From positions 192,001-256,000 of the forward strand of contig JAWLHY010000012.1 of NCBI GenBank assembly GCA_041690135.1: a stretch of 64,000 bases of DNA, read 5' to 3'. Shown here one piece after another: positions 52,293 through 63,209 of this stretch. The DNA is from Armatimonadota bacterium. Its GTDB lineage: Bacteria; Armatimonadota; SYMT01. The stretch's first letter is position 1, and every line of letters starts with the position of its first letter. The translations under genes and the position numbers were made by a program. Below the pieces are notes generated by a model. That model was not told the origin of the DNA, did no database searches, and saw nothing but the letters and a program-made list of their open reading frames with translations.

Positions 52293-54269
52293 CTAGGGAT
52301 ACAACTCGGCGGGCTGCTTCGCTTCGGCCGGCAACTTCCAGCTCAGGTCTTCCACCCAGGCCAGGTGGTTGAAGTTTCCAATGCCCTCCCGCTCGGCAGC
52401 GCGACGGAAGGTGACCAGTTCGCGCAGGATCTTCTGGCGCTCCGCCTCTGGGGCTTCCGGTCGGGAGAGCGACAGCACTCCGGCGGCCCGCGCCGACAGC
52501 TTCGCGTGCTCTAGGCCCTTGCGGAGGAAGGCCACGCGGCGGCTCGCTTCCGGGTCCGCCTTGGCGGCCTCTGCGGCGCGGACCAGGATCGCCTCCCCCG
52601 GCACGAAGGCTGCCGGCGGAAACACCGCGTGCGCGGCTCTCGCCCAGGTGCGCCAGCGGGAGGCCTCCAACTCTTCGAACACGGAATTCAGGACCGGCTG
52701 CTTCTCCGTGGTGTACCGCTCCCAGTAGTCGAAGTAGCGCTTCACCTCCGGGGCGGCCGCGCCGAACCCGGCGTAGTATTCCTCCAGCAGGGCGTCCGCG
52801 GAAGCCTCGGGCCGGGTGTGGAGGCGCATCAGCAGGTAGAGGTTGGGTCCCTGCGTGGCCCAGTGGCCGGTGAGGGAGTCGAAGTCGGTCGCGACCATTC
52901 CCTCCCGCGCGGCGTGCTGGAAGTCGTCGGCAAACTGGTGCACGAAGATGAACGGCATGCAATAGCCGTCCAGGAAGTAGTTGGTCCGCGCGAACAGGCG
53001 GGCGCCCGTCGCGCGCCAGCCGCTCCACTGGCGCTTGTACCACGCGTGCTCGTCCGCCGCCCGCGGGTACCACCCGCCGGAGGGGCAGTAACCCAGCAGG
53101 ATGTTCGGGTTCAGCTTCACGCCGGACGTGGGTGCCTGGAAGTAGTTGAAGTAAACGTAGCCGATCACCGTGGCCTCCGGATGGATCCGGGCGGCCTGCT
53201 GCTGAACCGCCAGCCAGAAGCGTGCGTAGCGGTCCGAAACAAACCGGGATCCCGCCACCTTCGACTTCGCGGAGTAGAACTTGAGGGCGTCCGGTGGGGT
53301 GGGGCCGTCCCACGCCTGGCAGCGGTTGCAGGCGCACAGACCCAGGATGTCGTTCTCGACGGCGTTGAGGAAGCTCGGCCCCTGCACCTTTCCGCCGCCC
53401 CGCTGGCTCCAGAGCTTCACGATCTCTTGCTGGAACTCCGGGTTGGAGACGCACATCGAATGGCGCGAGGTCTTCTTCCGGGGGCCGCGCCGGCCGTCTT
53501 CCAGTTGCTGGAACCAGTCTGGGTGCTCGCGGCCGTACTTCGGCCACCAGTCCGAGAAGGCGTGACCGTAACTCATCCGGACACTGCGGCCCATCCGGTG
53601 GCGGCGCAGGAAGACGGTCTGGTCCCGCTGGTACTGCTCGAGCCCCTTGGCGGTGAAGCCGAGCGCCGGGTTCTGGCTCGCGAACCCCAGCCCCGGGCGC
53701 ACTCGCCGCTGGAACAACCGGGGAGAGGTCGTCTGATTCAGGGGACCGCAGGTGACGGTGCGGGTCCGCGGCACAAAGGTACCCAGTTCTCCGGGCCACA
53801 GCCACCGGGCCTGCAGCGCCTGCTCCAGCCACTCGTACGTTCCCCAGAGGGTGCCGGCTCGCGTGTCCGGGTCGAGCGGGTCGCCTCCCGCGTCGTGACC
53901 GGCGATGTAGAGGCGGCCTTCCTCTGTCCGGAGGGTGTACGCCTCGGCGGGTAGCTTGCCGACGTCGATTCCGGCCGCTGCGGTGGCCCGGCAGGCCCCC
54001 AGGTAGATCCGCACTTCGGAGGCACCCGCCGCTGCTGCTTCCGGAAGGACGCGCAGCTTTGCTCCGGTGGCTTTTTCGACGTGGGTGACTAGTTCCTCCG
54101 CCGCGTACCGGACGACGGCGGTCGGCCGATCCGGGAGCACCACCACTGCCGCCGGAGCACCGTTGGTGACGATTGGAACCGAGTTCATTTCCGCCTTCAG
54201 TGGCCCGGCGGCGAGGGAGACGCAAGGGAACGCCAGCCCCAGCACGAGGAGCGCAGTCCGGTTATGCAT
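52293..54269 (-). CDS. DUF4838-type putative glycoside hydrolase, exported
   Basis: GH20/GH67-like N-terminus (AAEEL..HVEKATG, GTLWGTY..LE..L..RWLWPG), GHAF, CVSNP, C.C..C. Confidence 0.85.
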   Translation of the reverse strand: MHNRTALLVLGLAFPCVSLAAGPLKAEMNSVPIVTNGAPAAVVVLPDRPTAVVRYAAEELVTHVEKATGAKLRVLPEAAAAGASEVRIYLGACRATAAAGIDVGKLPAEAYTLRTEEGRLYIAGHDAGGDPLDPDTRAGTLWGTYEWLEQALQARWLWPGELGTFVPRTRTVTCGPLNQTTSPRLFQRRVRPGLGFASQNPALGFTAKGLEQYQRDQTVFLRRHRMGRSVRMSYGHAFSDWWPKYGREHPDWFQQLEDGRRGPRKKTSRHSMCVSNPEFQQEIVKLWSQRGGGKVQGPSFLNAVENDILGLCACNRCQAWDGPTPPDALKFYSAKSKVAGSRFVSDRYARFWLAVQQQAARIHPEATVIGYVYFNYFQAPTSGVKLNPNILLGYCPSGGWYPRAADEHAWYKRQWSGWRATGARLFARTNYFLDGYCMPFIFVHQFADDFQHAAREGMVATDFDSLTGHWATQGPNLYLLMRLHTRPEASADALLEEYYAGFGAAAPEVKRYFDYWERYTTEKQPVLNSVFEELEASRWRTWARAAHAVFPPAAFVPGEAILVRAAEAAKADPEASRRVAFLRKGLEHAKLSARAAGVLSLSRPEAPEAERQKILRELVTFRRAAEREGIGNFNHLAWVEDLSWKLPAEAKQPAELYP

Positions 54270-55287
54270 CTGCGTTCCCTCCACACGACTCCCGTATCAC
54301 CAGTTGCGGAGGCAGCGACACGAAGTGCGGTTCCGGCGCGTCGAAGCCCGGTTCCAGCCGCTGGAAGAGGCGCTCCACCGCGAGGTGAGACTGTTCCTCG
54401 ATGGGCTGCGAGATCGTGGTCAGCGGCACGGGCGCAAACTCCGAAGCTTCCAGGTTGTCGAACCCGACCACCGCCAGGTCCTCTGGGATCCGCAAGCCGG
54501 CTTCCCGGAAAGCGCGCATCGCCCCGATCGCGTTCTCGTCGTTGTTGCAGAACACCGCCGTCTGGTCGCCCCCGCGGGAAAGGAGTTCCTGGGCCGCCCG
54601 GTAGCCGTTTCGATATCCCGCGCCTGCCTCGACGAAGAGGGTGCGGTCTACTTCCAGGCCGTGTTCGGTAAAGGCCTGCACGTAACCTTCGGTCCGGCTG
54701 CGGTCGGTTTCGTACCGCTGGTCGCCATGGATGTAGGCGATCCGCCGGTGCCCGAGCCGGATCAGGTGATCGATCGCCAGGTAGCCCCCCACCTTACGGT
54801 CCACGGTCACGCAGTCCAGGTCGACGCCCGGCACCTGGGCCATCGTGACGACGGGGATCCCGGATTCCAGCAGCGGCTTGAGCGCCTCAACGGTGAGCTC
54901 CGCGCTCGGCTGAATCAGGAGCAGTCCGTCCGCCATGCTACTTTGGCACTCCTCCAGGGCGCGTAGTTCGGCATCCTGCCGCGCGGCGGCGATCCACACG
55001 GCAGTGCGGTACCCGCGCTCGCGGATGGCCCGGTCGGCCGCCTGGAGCCGCAGCAGCGCGACCCGCGTCGTCACGTCATATGCCATCAACCCGATCAGCT
55101 CGCTCTTGCCCAGTCGCAATGTGCGCGCGTGGAGGTTCTGCCGGTAGCCCAGTTGCCGGGCCACCGTCACCACCTTGTCGCGGGTCCGCGCGCCGATAAA
55201 GGTCTCCGGCTCATCCCGGAGGACCTTGGACACGGTCGCGATGGAGACCCCGGCCTCGCGGGCGATATCTTTCAACGTAACGGGCAT
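54262..55287 (-). CDS. LacI-family transcriptional regulator
   Basis: TLKDIAREAGVSIATVSKVL HTH; GFDN, LTTI.QP, RESC. Confidence 0.96.
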   Translation of the reverse strand: MPVTLKDIAREAGVSIATVSKVLRDEPETFIGARTRDKVVTVARQLGYRQNLHARTLRLGKSELIGLMAYDVTTRVALLRLQAADRAIRERGYRTAVWIAAARQDAELRALEECQSSMADGLLLIQPSAELTVEALKPLLESGIPVVTMAQVPGVDLDCVTVDRKVGGYLAIDHLIRLGHRRIAYIHGDQRYETDRSRTEGYVQAFTEHGLEVDRTLFVEAGAGYRNGYRAAQELLSRGGDQTAVFCNNDENAIGAMRAFREAGLRIPEDLAVVGFDNLEASEFAPVPLTTISQPIEEQSHLAVERLFQRLEPGFDAPEPHFVSLPPQLVIRESCGGNADA

Positions 55288-55304
55288 CAGGGGGTGTTCA
55301 GGGT

Positions 55305-55370
55305 GTTGTAACGATCAACGTACAACGTTTTCCCTAACAGGAGTATGTCGCACAACCAGCCCCCTGTCAA
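55305..55370 (-). promoter_or_regulatory. Sigma70 promoter plus candidate LacI operator
   Basis: Minus strand TTGACA (55370-55365), 17 bp, CATACT (55347-55342); downstream GAAAACGTTGTACGTTGATCGTTACAAC with CG-centred dyads. Confidence 0.7.
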
Positions 55371-55498
55371 CCACCAGACAAGATCGTCCATCCTCAACCA
55401 TCCCGGCACCGGAACCTCACCGCCTGAAAGCCTGAACGTTCGAACACCCACCCCCACGTGCCCCGCCCTCCACCCACCCAGCGCACGAACTTAACGCC

Positions 55499-55674
55499 TC
55501 ACGTCCCATGACGGTTCAGTTTTCCTCACAGCGCGTTGCTCTGTCGCCCCTCCGGGGCTTTTCAGATAGGCGTCAGGTCCGGGGGTTCGCACCCCCGGCT
55601 ACTCTCCGCTCGCCCCTCCGGGGCTGAAAACCGGTACCTGTCGAAAACTGAATCACCCCGTATCACGTCCCATG
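55499..55674. mobile_element. MITE/REPIN-like insertion with flanking 12-bp direct repeat
   Basis: TCACGTCCCATG at 55499 and 55663; inverted TTCAGTTTTC/GAAAACTGAA; internal CGCCCCTCCGGGGCT twice. Confidence 0.65.
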
Positions 55675-55784
55675 CGAGGTAGTAGTCACGCCCCCGCTCC
55701 CCCTCTGCACGGATCCTCACGCATCACGCCCCCATCCTGTCCACGGCGGTTCGGAATACGCAATACGGAATTCGCATCACACAA

Positions 55785-55936
55785 CAGCCCGAGGTAGACC
55801 CTGTGCTCCCGCACCCTCCTGCGCACGTAACCTCACGCATCACGCATCACGCATTAGAAAGCAGCCCGAGGCCGACCCTCTGCCCCCGCACCCTCCTGCG
55901 CACGTAACCTCACGCATCACGCGTTACGCATCACGC
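55785..55936 (+). repeat. 77-bp tandem duplication ending in TCACGCA heptamers
   Basis: cagcccgagg...cgcaccctcctgcgcacgtaacctcacgcatcacgc at 55785 and 55862. Confidence 0.85.
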
Positions 55937-56141
55937 GCCTTCTGCACGTGCGCCAAAATCTTGACCAATACACCCGGCCAGTGAACGAGATCTAAGGAAT
56001 GTTTCAAGAATTACCAGACGCCAACATCTCCCGAATAATCCGCGAAAATTTTTTGCTCCGGAGAGAGGGAAAGCGCGGAAACGCATTGAATACACCGAGC
56101 GAGTTAAGCTGTTTTCCATTGCACAGCGAGGAGGAACAGGA

Positions 56142-56285
56142 TTGGAAGGCTACTGCGTTAAGTGCCGGTCGAAAAAGGAAATCAAGGACGCCAAGCAGGT
56201 GACCATGAAGAATGGCCGCCCAGCGACCGAAGGCGTATGCCCCGACTGCGGCACGAAAATCTTCAAGATCGGTAAGGCCGAGTAG
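56142..56285 (+). CDS. 47-aa zinc-ribbon protein (DUF5679-like), absent from the ORF track
   Basis: GAGGAGG RBS, TTG start; MEGYCVKCRSKKEIKDAKQVTMKNGRPATEGVCPDCGTKIFKIGKAE. Confidence 0.9.
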   Translation: MEGYCVKCRSKKEIKDAKQVTMKNGRPATEGVCPDCGTKIFKIGKAE

Positions 56286-56492
56286 GCACCCATACCGGCT
56301 CTTAGACAGTCTCTTATGCTTGACCCGCGGCCCCGCGAGGCCGCAACGACACCTCACGGTTTCCTCGTAAACAGGTCCTCTGATCCGGCCCTACGGCCGA
56401 CCCCACTATCAGATCCCCTGTCGGTTACCCCCTGATCATTACCCCCAGATCGGACCCCTACCGTCCCGGTAGGGGTTTCTTTCTTGCCCCGG

Positions 56493-56609
56493 TTTTGCAC
56501 AGGTTTTCGACAACCGGGGAGGAGGATTCCGTCTGGTCCCAGGCACGAAGCCAGGCACGAGCCGGAGTTTTGCACAGGTTTTCGACAATCGCGGAATCCA
56601 TGTCGAAAA
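56493..56609. promoter_or_regulatory. Cluster of five DnaA-box-like 9-mers
   Basis: TTTTGCACA-gg-TTTTCGACA at 56493 and 56568, plus inverted TGTCGAAAA at 56601. Confidence 0.4.
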
Positions 56610-56623
56610 CCCCTACACACGAA

Positions 56624-57748
56624 TCAGGGAGTCGGCGGATTCCAAAGGACCACGCCCATGTGGTACCGGTGGTGCTGGGCCACCCCCGAGGCGTAGTAGG
56701 CCGTAACGATCGACCCATCCGGCCGCTGCACGCTGCTGGGGTATCCGCAGTCCGTCGCCAGGGTATCGGCCAGGCGCAGCGGATCGCTCCAGGTTTTCCC
56801 TTCGTCGCTGCTCAATCGCGCCAGTACCCCATACTGGTCTTTCACCCGGTTGCCGTAGCTCAGCAGCAACCGTCCGTCCTTGAGCCGGGCCACGTGCGCG
56901 TTGATTTCGTTCCGCGCCGTTACCCGCTGTGGTCCCTGCCAGGTCGCGCCGTCGTCTTCCGAGCGGAACAACTCCACGGCGTCCACGCGGGCCGCGGCGA
57001 GCCACCGCTTACCGCCCAGGTGGAACAGGGAAGTCTCGTTGTGTCGCGGACCGATGATGGAGGTGGCCCGCCAGGTCTTCCCGTCGTCATCGCTGCGGAA
57101 GTGCCAGGCACGGTACCCCTTGATCTTTGAGGATTGGCTGGGGTCGGTGAACTCGCCGGAGTAACAGGAGGCGTGGAGCGCCCCGTCCTCTCCCACGAAG
57201 ATATCTCCGAACGGGATGTACTCGCTCCAGCCCGCCTCGGGCGCCGGAAACTGCGTGTGCCGGGTCCACGTGCGGCCGCCGTCGCTGGAACGGCAGACCC
57301 AGCTTCGCAGGATATCGTCGCGGAAGGCCGCCTGCTTGGGACGCTGGGGCTGCTTCACGTTGGTCCACCCGGAGCACAACACCAGCAGATCTCCGTTTTG
57401 CGCCAGGCCCGCGGCCACGTTCATCCGGTTGGTGTCCGGCTCGTGGGGGGCCGGTGTACCCCGCTTCTCCCACAGGCGCCCGTCGCTGCTGGCCCAGCAC
57501 TCCACGTCGCCTTCCCGCTGCCCGTGGCTCGGCTGGTTGAAGATCGTGGCGATCAGGGTACCGTCCCGCAGCACGGTCAGGTTGGGCCACGCGCACACGT
57601 TGTCGATGCCGATGAACCGCCCCGTCACCTGTGCCGGTTCACCGGAAGAAGCCACGGCCGCCGCACGCCCCGGGGCCATCACAGCGCCACCCACACAGGC
57701 CAGGAAGGGGACCACCACCGGTTGAAAAAGGAGTTGGCGTCTGTTCAT
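56624..57748 (-). CDS. BNR/Asp-box (sialidase-fold) exported protein
   Basis: Several S.D.G.TW Asp boxes, DCGYP; NRRQLL leader. Confidence 0.9.
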   Translation of the reverse strand: MNRRQLLFQPVVVPFLACVGGAVMAPGRAAAVASSGEPAQVTGRFIGIDNVCAWPNLTVLRDGTLIATIFNQPSHGQREGDVECWASSDGRLWEKRGTPAPHEPDTNRMNVAAGLAQNGDLLVLCSGWTNVKQPQRPKQAAFRDDILRSWVCRSSDGGRTWTRHTQFPAPEAGWSEYIPFGDIFVGEDGALHASCYSGEFTDPSQSSKIKGYRAWHFRSDDDGKTWRATSIIGPRHNETSLFHLGGKRWLAAARVDAVELFRSEDDGATWQGPQRVTARNEINAHVARLKDGRLLLSYGNRVKDQYGVLARLSSDEGKTWSDPLRLADTLATDCGYPSSVQRPDGSIVTAYYASGVAQHHRYHMGVVLWNPPTP

Positions 57749-57983
57749 CGCTTTCCTCAAGTGTACGTCTAGGGTTTCGTAACCGTCTTGCGTGTGGGAC
57801 TTCTCCGGTAAGTCCTGGTTTTCCTCGGCTGATGTAGATCCGACGAACACTTCCTGGAGGCACCTTGGTTTCTCCGTGAAGCCTCCATACGAAAGACCCG
57901 GTGGCGCACTGCACCACCGGGTCTTTCGGAATCTCAATCCGATCTTTCCAATCTGTGAAATCTGTGGCTCCACCGCCCGCAGA

Positions 57984-59246
57984 TCACATATGGCTGATCA
58001 CGGCATCCCCGAACTCGCTGGTCTTCAGCTTCGTGGCGGGGCGCCCCTCGGCTTCCATCAGGCGGTGGAAGTCGTAGGTCACGGTGCCGGCCCCGATGGC
58101 GCCGTCCATGCCCTTGATGATCAGGTCCGCGGCCTCGTTCCAGCCGAGGTGGCGGAACATCATCTCGCCGGAGAGGATCACGCTGCCCGGGTTTACCACG
58201 TCCTGGTCCGCGTATTTCGGCGCGGTGCCGTGGGTCGCCTCGAAGATGGCGTGGCCGGTGTGGTAGTTGATGTTGCCGCCCGGCGCGATGCCGATGCCGC
58301 CCACCTGGGCCGCCAGGGCATCGCTCAGGTAGTCGCCGTTCAGGTTGGTGGTGGCGATCACGTCGAAGTCCGCCGGCCGGGTCAACACCTGCTGGAGAGT
58401 GATGTCCGCGATGGCGTCCTTGATTACGATGCCCTGCGGCAACTTGCACCACGGGCCGCCGTCGATCTCTTCGCCGTCGAACTCGCTCTTCGCCAGCTCG
58501 TAGCCCCAGTCGCGGAAGGCGCCCTCGGTGAACTTCATGATGTTCCCCTTGTGGACGAGCGTGACGCTCTTCCGGTTGTTCGCGATCGCGTAGCGGATCG
58601 CGGCCCCGATCAGGCGCTGGCTGCCCTCGGAGCTCACCGGCTTGATGCCGATGCCGCTCGTCTCGGGGAAGCGGACCTTCTTCACGCCCATCTCGTTCTG
58701 GAGGAAGGAGATCACCTTCTGCGCTTCCGGGGTACCCGCCGCCCACTCGATGCCGGCGTAGATGTCTTCCGTGTTCTCGCGGAAGATCACCATGTCCACC
58801 AACTCGGGGCGCTTCACCGGGGAAGGCACGCCCTGGAAGTAGCGGACCGGGCGGAGGCAGACGTACAGGTCCAGGATCTGGCGCAGGGCCACGTTCAGGC
58901 TGCGGATGCCGCCGCCGACGGGCGTGGTCAGGGGGCCCTTGATGCCGACCAGGTACTGCCGGAACGCGGTGATGGTGTCGTCCGGCAGCCAGTTGTTGAA
59001 CTTGTTGAACGCCTTTTCACCGGCGTAGACTTCGAACCAGGCGATCTTCTTCTTGCCGCCGTAGGCCTTCTCCACCGCGGCGTCCAGCACCCGCACGGAA
59101 GCACGCCAGATATCGCGGCCGGTGCCGTCTCCCTCGATGAAGGGGAGGATCGGGTTGTCCGGTACCTGCAGCTCGCCGGTGGACGAGAGGGTGATCGGCT
59201 GCCCTTCGGTGGGCAGGGAAAGGTCGGTAAACTCGGGTTGGCTCAT
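57984..59246 (-). CDS. icd: NADP-dependent isocitrate dehydrogenase
   Basis: [50 protein letters not shown]. Confidence 0.97.
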   Translation of the reverse strand: MSQPEFTDLSLPTEGQPITLSSTGELQVPDNPILPFIEGDGTGRDIWRASVRVLDAAVEKAYGGKKKIAWFEVYAGEKAFNKFNNWLPDDTITAFRQYLVGIKGPLTTPVGGGIRSLNVALRQILDLYVCLRPVRYFQGVPSPVKRPELVDMVIFRENTEDIYAGIEWAAGTPEAQKVISFLQNEMGVKKVRFPETSGIGIKPVSSEGSQRLIGAAIRYAIANNRKSVTLVHKGNIMKFTEGAFRDWGYELAKSEFDGEEIDGGPWCKLPQGIVIKDAIADITLQQVLTRPADFDVIATTNLNGDYLSDALAAQVGGIGIAPGGNINYHTGHAIFEATHGTAPKYADQDVVNPGSVILSGEMMFRHLGWNEAADLIIKGMDGAIGAGTVTYDFHRLMEAEGRPATKLKTSEFGDAVISHM

Positions 59247-59477
59247 GGTTGTCAAATCCAAACGATCCGGGGGATCGCGGGGGTAAAGCAGGGAGCTGGA
59301 ACTATCAATGGATACGGGCTTCACTAGACACAGCCGACGTAGGTCGGCTTCGCCGTTTGTAGGCGTGAGTTTACTCGCCCAACTGAAGCACTCGTGTCTT
59401 GGTAACTAACACGCAGCGACCCATGTCCGGCGCGAGACGCGAGACATGGGTCGCCGGGTGCGGGACTGTGGGAACCG

Positions 59478-60599
59478 TTAGCGCTCGTCGATCGGAACGT
59501 AGTGCTGGTCCACCGGGCCGACGTACTCGCCGCGCGGGCGGATGATCCGGTTGTTCGCGAGCTGCTCCATCACGTGCGCCGTCCAGCCGGTTACGCGGCT
59601 CGCGGCGAACACGGGGGTGAACAGGTCGGTGGGAATGCCCAGCACGTGGTAGACGGTGGCGCTGTAGAAATCCACGTTCGGGTTGATGTTCTTTTCGCGG
59701 AGCATCAACTCTTCGATCTTCGTGGAGATCTGGTAGAGGTGCGGGTTGCCGCTCTCTTCCGCCAGGGCCTTCGCCATCTTCTGGAGCTCGAACGCGCGCG
59801 GGTCCTTGGTCTTGTAGACCGCGTGGCCGAAGCCCATCACGCGGCCGCCCTTCTGGCCGAGGATGCCGTGGACGTAGGGCTCCACGTTGTCCACCGTGCC
59901 CACTTCCTCCAGCATCCGGAACACCGCCTCGTTGGCGCCGCCGTGCAGCGGGCCGGAGAGGGTGCCGATGGCGCTGGTAATGGCGGAGTACATATCGGAA
60001 AGGGTGGCGATCGTCACCCGCGCCGAGAAGGTGCTGGCGTTGAACTCGTGGTCCGCGTGCAGGATGAGCGCCACGTCCATGGTGCGGGTGGCGACGTTGC
60101 TCGGCTCCTGCCCCGTGAGCGTGAACAGGAAGTTCCCGGCCACACTCAGGTCCGCTCGCGGGGCGATCGGTTCCCGCCCGTTGCGCAGGTGGTTGAACGC
60201 CGTGATGATCGTGGGGATCTGCGCCGTCAGGCGGACCGCCTTGCGCCGGTTGGCCTCGGCGCTGTTGTCGTCCGCGTCCGGGTCCCACATGCCGAGGGCG
60301 GAGACCACCGTCCGCAGGGCATCCATCGGCTTCGCCGAGGCGGGAAAGCTCCGCATCATGGAGAGCACGGCCTCGGGAATGACGGCGCAGCTTCGCAGCT
60401 CCGCCTGCAGCGCGTTCAACTCGTCGCGCTTGGGCAGCCGGCCGTACCACAGCAGGTACGCGACTTCTTCAAAGGTGGCGTTTTCCGCCAGTTCCTGGAT
60501 CGGGATCCCTCCGTAGAAGAGCTCCCCTTTCAGCCCATCCAGGGTGCAAATGCTCGTGGTGCCGGCAATGACATCACGCAACCCGGCCGATGACGACAC
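59478..60599 (-). CDS. gltA: Citrate synthase (type I size; methylcitrate synthase not excluded)
   Basis: DHEFNAST, GPLHGGAN, GFGH.VYK..DPR, NVDFYS. Confidence 0.93.
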   Translation of the reverse strand: MSSSAGLRDVIAGTTSICTLDGLKGELFYGGIPIQELAENATFEEVAYLLWYGRLPKRDELNALQAELRSCAVIPEAVLSMMRSFPASAKPMDALRTVVSALGMWDPDADDNSAEANRRKAVRLTAQIPTIITAFNHLRNGREPIAPRADLSVAGNFLFTLTGQEPSNVATRTMDVALILHADHEFNASTFSARVTIATLSDMYSAITSAIGTLSGPLHGGANEAVFRMLEEVGTVDNVEPYVHGILGQKGGRVMGFGHAVYKTKDPRAFELQKMAKALAEESGNPHLYQISTKIEELMLREKNINPNVDFYSATVYHVLGIPTDLFTPVFAASRVTGWTAHVMEQLANNRIIRPRGEYVGPVDQHYVPIDER

Positions 60600-60925
60600 A
60601 CTAGGCTCCTTTCAGAGAGGCGCTTGGGTAAAGCTGGCGCGGGGTCCCGAACACGCGCGATACGGCCCACGAAGGGCTCCACGGGAGTCCGCCCGGCTGA
60701 GGACAAAGGTTATGAGTGCAGCCCGCCGGCGACGGCGGGCAGGCGCCATGATTACTTCGTAAAAATATCGCGTTCTCCTCTCCCCCGGCAGAATCTTCCT
60801 GCCGCTCCCCTCGTTCGTCCCTCTCGTTCTGCACCGGACCTTGAAATCGACACGGGAACCCGGAAGGGATCTCCACCGTGTACACACACGACTCCGGCGC
60901 CTCCCGAAGCTCTATAATGTCACCA

Positions 60926-63198
60926 TGCGATTTGCTCACGAACCGACCCTCGGCCTCTCCTGCCAACCCGAGGCGGCGGAAAACCGGCACTCCGGCGCGT
61001 CCCGCACCGGGGAAGCGGCCGTGCCGTGCCTCTTCGGCTTCGACGACACTCCGGGCGTGGTGGCGGTGGAAGTCTCGGACCGGGAAGCGATCCTGATTCT
61101 CGCCCGAGATGGGGAGCGGGGCGCGGGGGAATCGCGGATCCGGGAGACCCGTCCCTTTCGGCCCTGGCTGCTGGCCGGTGAAGAGGCCGGCGCAGGAGAG
61201 GAAGCTCCCTCCCCTTCGCTGGTGCCGGGGGCGGAGTGGACTCGTGTTCGCGGCCAAGGGCTCGTGTGGCTAGCGGAACTGCCGGACTGGTCGGCCTTCC
61301 AGGGCGCGCGCGACCGGCTCCGCGAGGGCGGCATTCCCCACCTGGCCTATGCCTCGCCCGTCAAACAGTTCCTCATTCGCAGCGGCGTCACGCTCTTCAA
61401 AGGCCTGGAGTTCAACGGCATCCGCCGGATGCAGTTCGACCTGGAGACCAACTCGCTCGACCCGCACCGGCCGGATAGCCGCATCCTGCTGATTGCCGCC
61501 GGGGATAACCGTGGCGGGGCCTGGCTGCTGGCGAGCGAAGACGAGAAATCCCTTCTCGAGCAGTTCCTGGAGCTCGTCCGCGAGATCGACCCCGACGTGC
61601 TGGAAGGGCACAACGTCTTCGGCTTCGATTTCCCGTTTCTCGCGGCGCGGGCGGAGGCGCTGGGGGTGCCGCTGCTCCTGGGGCGGGACGGTTCGAAGCT
61701 GTCGTTCGGTCGCGAGCGCAACGTGCCGATCGGCGGGATCACGCGACCTTACCGCCCCGCCTACGCCTGGGGCCGGCACATCGTGGATACCCTCTTCGCC
61801 GTCCAGCGGTTCGACATCGCCCGGGGCGACCTGGAATCCCACAGTCTCAAGAACGTCGCCATCCACTACGGTATCGCGCCGCCCGACCGGGTCTACCTGG
61901 ACGGCGGCACGCTCGCGGAGACCTACCGTCGCGATCCCGAGTTGGTGCGCACCTACGCCCGCCAGGACATCGAGGAGACCTGCCGGCTGGCGGAATTGGT
62001 GCTGCCCACGGAGTTCTACCAGGCGCAAATGGTGCCGGAGAGCTACCAGTCGGTGGCCACGGGCGGCTCCGGGGAGAAGATCAACTCCCTGCTGATCCGG
62101 GAGTACCTCTCGCGCGGCTACGGGGTGCCCCAGCCGCAGCCCGCCGTGGCCTGCCCCGGCGGCTACACCGAGATCCGCGAGACCGGCGTGCTGCGCCGGG
62201 TGGTGAAGGCCGACGTGGAGAGCCTGTACCCCAGCATCATGCTGCGGTTCGATATCCATCCCGCCAGCGATACGCTGGGCGTGTTCCTGCCGATGCTGAA
62301 GGAGCTGACCGCGCGCCGGCTGGAAGCGAAGGGCCGGGCTCGGGCCGGGGGGCCGGATGCCGCCTACTGGGACGGCCTGCAGTCCTCCTTCAAGATCCTC
62401 ATCAACTCCTTCTACGGCTACCTGGGGGCGCTGTTCCACTTCAACGACTACCAGGCCGCCACCCGGGTCACCACCACCGGGCAGGAGCTGGTGAAGCAGG
62501 TGGCGGACGCCCTCACGGCCTCCGGCAGTCGCGTCATCGAGATCGATACGGACGGGGTCTACTTCGTCCCGCCCGCCGGAGTCGAGGATCTAGAAGGGGA
62601 GATCGCCTACATCCAGCGGATCGGCGAGGCGCTCCCACCCGGCATTCACCTGGCGCACGATGGGCGCTATGCCGCCATGGTGAGCCTGAAGATCAAGAAC
62701 TACGTGCTGGTCGGCTACGACGGAAAGAAGACGGTCAAGGGCTCTTCCCTCCGCTCCCGCGCAGACGAGCCGTTCGGCCGGGAGTTCATCCTGCGCGCCG
62801 TCGATTACCTCGTGGCGGGCGACCTCGCCGGGCTCTCGGCCGACTATCAGCGTCTGCACGACCGGATCTCGCGGGGGGATTGGTCGCCGGAGGAGTTTTG
62901 CCGGCGGGAGCGGGTGACGGAGAAGACCTTCCAGAGCGCCGCGAAGAAGAAATCCCGGGAAGTGGCGCAGGGCCTGCAGGTAGGGGACACGCTCACCATT
63001 TACCAGCGCCAGGACGGCTCCCTCGGGCTGGCGGAGCGCTACGCTGGAGATGAGGACCGCTGGTATTACCTGGACAAGCTCTACAAGTTCGCGCAGCGGT
63101 TCCAGGAAGCTGTGGGCCCCGAGTTCGACAGCCTGATCCCGCGCCCCTCCAAAAAGGAGCTGAAGGCGGTGGCAGTCGGCCAGGGCACCCTCTTCTAA
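60926..63198 (+). CDS. Family B DNA polymerase with 3'-5' exonuclease domain (start uncertain, 60841-61021)
   Basis: FDLET, GHN..GFD, DVESLYPSI, KILINSFYG, EIDTDG. Confidence 0.92.
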
Positions 63199-63209
63199 TC
63201 CGTCCCGCC

